This document shows positions 62,101 through 64,000 of a stretch of DNA of 64,000 bases, piece after piece. The notes under the pieces were generated by a model. The model was not told the origin of the DNA. It searched no databases and saw only the letters and a list, made by a program, of their open reading frames with translations. Numbering within the stretch: the first letter of the stretch is position 1; each line of letters begins with the position of its first letter. Source of the stretch: an uncultured virus (IMG/VR IMGVR_UViG_3300025759_000060) (Duplodnaviria; Heunggongvirae; Uroviricota; Caudoviricetes); the IMG/VR virus record IMGVR_UViG_3300025759_000060. One strand, given 5' to 3'. Position numbers and translations under genes: made by a program.

Positions 62101-64000
62101 ATAGTCCAATTGTAGCTGGTTTCTCTTCTGCTTCTGGCGTTGGTACTAATGTATTTGCAACAGACGTTGGTTTATCTTTCCACAATGCCAGCGGATCTAA
62201 TATAACAGAATCTGGAATTAACTTGGACATGAAGCAAACGGAGGTTGAAGGCTTCTTTAGCGGTCATCGTGCAAAATTCTGGAATGCTGGAGAAAGTCAT
62301 GTTTATGATAGATATAAACTTTGGAGTTTTGTTGATCAAAATACAAGCAAGTGGAAAATAGGAGAATTTAATTTTTGTATGTTTGATCAAAACTTTAGTA
62401 GATTTAGTAAGAGGGTAGGCAGAGATTATATTCAATTTAAGCTATCGCATAGTGGATTTCCATATTATCAAACTACAAATTTAGCTTTACCTTCTGGTAG
62501 TATACAAACATCTGGATTGGCATATCATAGTCAGTTAGAAAATGATATGTTGAGACTTGACATTGGTACTATTCCAGACGGAGATAGTCATAGGCTTTAT
62601 TCTGCATCTCCTAGAATTTCAAAGAATTTCCCAAGAGGTTACAAGTTTGAAGAATCAGCATTTGTTGTAGATACTGTTATTCAAAGTCAAATTGATCAAG
62701 AAGTAAATTGGAATGATGGCAATACTGGACCTAAACTAATTGTAAGTTTATACGCCCCTCAAAAAGACCCAACAACATATGTAGAGTCAAATTTTGGTCT
62801 AGTAAATAGACATTATCATTATTTACCTTTTAACGGTTGCATGACGAAAATATCTAGTACTTTTGATTATAATGATTGGATAGATAAATCAGAACCTTGG
62901 GCAGAGTTTAATTCTAGAACTGCTAGCACAGAGTTTGACCATAAGTTTTATTCTGACGACATTGATAAGATGTTTATTCAGTATGACATAGCATTTCCTT
63001 CTGGTGATAAGTTTACTTCTAACATCAAACTACATTCAATAAATTTAAATTTAGAAAATGTTTTAGCGTCTGGAGATGCAATTTCTTCTTCTGGCTTTGC
63101 GTTGTTTGCCAGCGGGAATACACTATCCTCTAACGCCTTAGAATTGTTTGTAGATTCTTTGGTTAATATATCTGGAGCGCAACCTTCTGGATTAACTCTA
63201 TACAGTTCTGGCGCGGCTATACCAACAGTATCTGGAGAATCACCAAGTGGTTTGTTAATGTCTACCCTTGCTTACGATCCTTCTACAGTTAGTCGTGCTT
63301 CTGGTATGTACTTATCTTTATTTTCTTCTGGAGATGCAACAATTGGATTTGATCCAAATTTGATTATTCATGAAGGAATGTATGGTATTGTTAATACTGA
63401 TTTTAATCCGGTTGTCAATCTCTTTACTGAGGGCGGTGCTTTTGGAGTTAAAGTTTTAGATGGCGCTCTTTCCATATCTACCTTTAACGACGGTATTCTA
63501 GATTCAACTAGTGGAGATTTGTTCCTATTTAATCAATCTGCTGGATTAGCCGATCCAATTTTAGATAGTGGAAGCATAACGATGTTTCTACATGGAGTTC
63601 CAGAATTAAATCCATTTATAGAATTGGTAGATACACTTCCGCTATATTTGGGTGGCGTGGATTTAAACATAACCTCCAGTAGTTCTCTAGACTTACGAAT
63701 TATAGGACAGCCAATTATTAATGGTATTAATAATGATATACATTTATTTACTACAAACTACAATGTTGCTCCGGGTGATTTAGGTCAAGAATTTATAAGC
63801 TGGACAAATGTAAATGCTGGCACAGGAATCTCAACTATTGAAAGTGATTATTCTTACTTAGAATCTAGCGATGAAATTCGCGGTGTAGATTTAACATGCT
63901 ATGGAGATTGTGAGTCAACGGATGAACCTTGTACTGATCCAGAAATTATTATTCATGGAAAGAATTTTGGACAAGATTGTGTTGACGGTGGAATATTTAG
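59199..64000 (+). CDS. Large tail-associated protein (>1600 aa, truncated by the window end) with a LamG/ConA-like domain
   Basis: ATG at 59199 (MIQDCFSPK...); frame is open where checked and at the window end, which is probably why the ORF track omits it; 61680-62180 reads ALRLSG...GVLLSKW...LLTYN...RLKLYVD. Confidence 0.8.
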   Translation, partial: MIQDCFSPKVSFKKAGVGKLRLGERAGLLQVRCQTDVNLKFDINLKAANTGDRLISSKMLGFATLKQTTTSDINVNRYFNLDNAFITTRYKLNPASIFARPSTSAFVSARPHKIAGTHDSYREFDNFVATEKLYPSGIEVFESGFNRIIGVASSIDDGVLIGNYLKNGLPSSRVTRDSIFLRSQERFGKPKDDHNNYKLVLEMDKPSTDMLESFLAIRVDAPIENFRSHKPLSYKFNNLKFTDPSGNLIVQYKDFTVKGESKYLSTVNPTTYLTEPLINNAKLDKDDSNYPLFFNESGYLLNIDVETSTLDDPFNVGFSNAFSEDNRPVGGRREDFRIISLEILSQGLSNFRNDAILPFSVQVPATGLRTERKIFPSNLLKYNFDTTIYPSGEHSLWTDNGNHTFNDVEDNSHLSNILRLDGNDKFIELSSTTAIADSGKLKLKFSHEPPTSAFRYADGAFQFAFSSNSFDAANKRQVSDIDSFFVVDEIELKVTAKKSASSRDYVIDAVGYSDDKLLHITPKIGGFLQNASGQHPSGIGVTPVSSGFANINDLGISTLPISDKFSYFETSGTNNLGGNHYSLPLTPIVNTTEFTEYTIPLDIYPDNVRLGKSVDYSMSSYFEHLYLDLFPFPSGAAISNISLLIKYRPSNALPLHTVAHEKEPLHKSEAKGYPSSSQSTDRKINSVIQNSGLSLIESIPHGYQSPTTIKTNYARRWRGVDGNVMTGPFQPTVFDFSFENPQLDAPFLNGTFDFTKIEDGFVLPNQSGLLDNNVSGFYNASFSSNLIENIGLRFNNSGLFVNQQRDYKTLDWTQTGSELSGKILDSFDKALRLSGPDANINFGSGISVSGGFAAYIRFSPDVSISGSSYNLWDSGVLLSKWNHGEELEFLLAYSGGHLAAHARDIDNNTISIYDSQDYTNYQYPLSVLLTYNDNLSSRLKLYVDSEIASGSYDLLRASSTSFFMASGNSPIVAGFSSASGVGTNVFATDVGLSFHNASGSNITESGINLDMKQTEVEGFFSGHRAKFWNAGESHVYDRYKLWSFVDQNTSKWKIGEFNFCMFDQNFSRFSKRVGRDYIQFKLSHSGFPYYQTTNLALPSGSIQTSGLAYHSQLENDMLRLDIGTIPDGDSHRLYSASPRISKNFPRGYKFEESAFVVDTVIQSQIDQEVNWNDGNTGPKLIVSLYAPQKDPTTYVESNFGLVNRHYHYLPFNGCMTKISSTFDYNDWIDKSEPWAEFNSRTASTEFDHKFYSDDIDKMFIQYDIAFPSGDKFTSNIKLHSINLNLENVLASGDAISSSGFALFASGNTLSSNALELFVDSLVNISGAQPSGLTLYSSGAAIPTVSGESPSGLLMSTLAYDPSTVSRASGMYLSLFSSGDATIGFDPNLIIHEGMYGIVNTDFNPVVNLFTEGGAFGVKVLDGALSISTFNDGILDSTSGDLFLFNQSAGLADPILDSGSITMFLHGVPELNPFIELVDTLPLYLGGVDLNITSSSSLDLRIIGQPIINGINNDIHLFTTNYNVAPGDLGQEFISWTNVNAGTGISTIESDYSYLESSDEIRGVDLTCYGDCESTDEPCTDPEIIIHGKNFGQDCVDGGIF

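Noticed and set aside
1..64000. tRNA, rRNA, integrase or lysis genes; host assignment
   Set aside because: None was recognisable. Intergenic gaps are mostly too short for RNA genes, and nothing in the window identifies the host.

Overview
This window is the morphogenesis (late) region of a large, AT-rich tailed dsDNA phage, most likely a long-tailed siphovirus because no sheath gene lies beside the tail tube gene. The host cannot be determined from the window. The first ~1.1 kb holds three small minus-strand genes, each preceded by a copy of one sigma70-type promoter element. A hairpin- and palindrome-rich divergence zone follows (about 1140-1330). Everything after it is on the + strand: a phage sigma factor, a sugar module (GT-A glycosyltransferase, ABO-like GT6, GDP-mannose 4,6-dehydratase), HNH, ERCC4 nuclease, ClpP, large terminase, portal, prohead protease/scaffold, decoration protein and major capsid protein. 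A ~29 kb block of fibre/adhesin-like genes (including 3690-aa and 2829-aa proteins split by poly-threonine linkers) sits between capsid and neck. Then come neck genes, tail tube, chaperone-like genes, an 1883-aa tape measure protein (TMP) and a >1600-aa LamG-containing ORF that runs off the end. The main leads are: (1) a probable phage-encoded virion glycosylation system, with GTs and gmd co-oriented with poly-Thr and Ser-Gly-rich structural proteins; (2) a TMP with repeated xxGG/DTVPAMLTPGEFV modules bracketing a PD-(D/E)xK-like cargo; (3) a GTGTATA late promoter with a truncated phage sigma factor; (4) a leader-peptide/hairpin switch after the tail tube gene. All annotation is by eye from motifs and synteny. 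No database searches were run.
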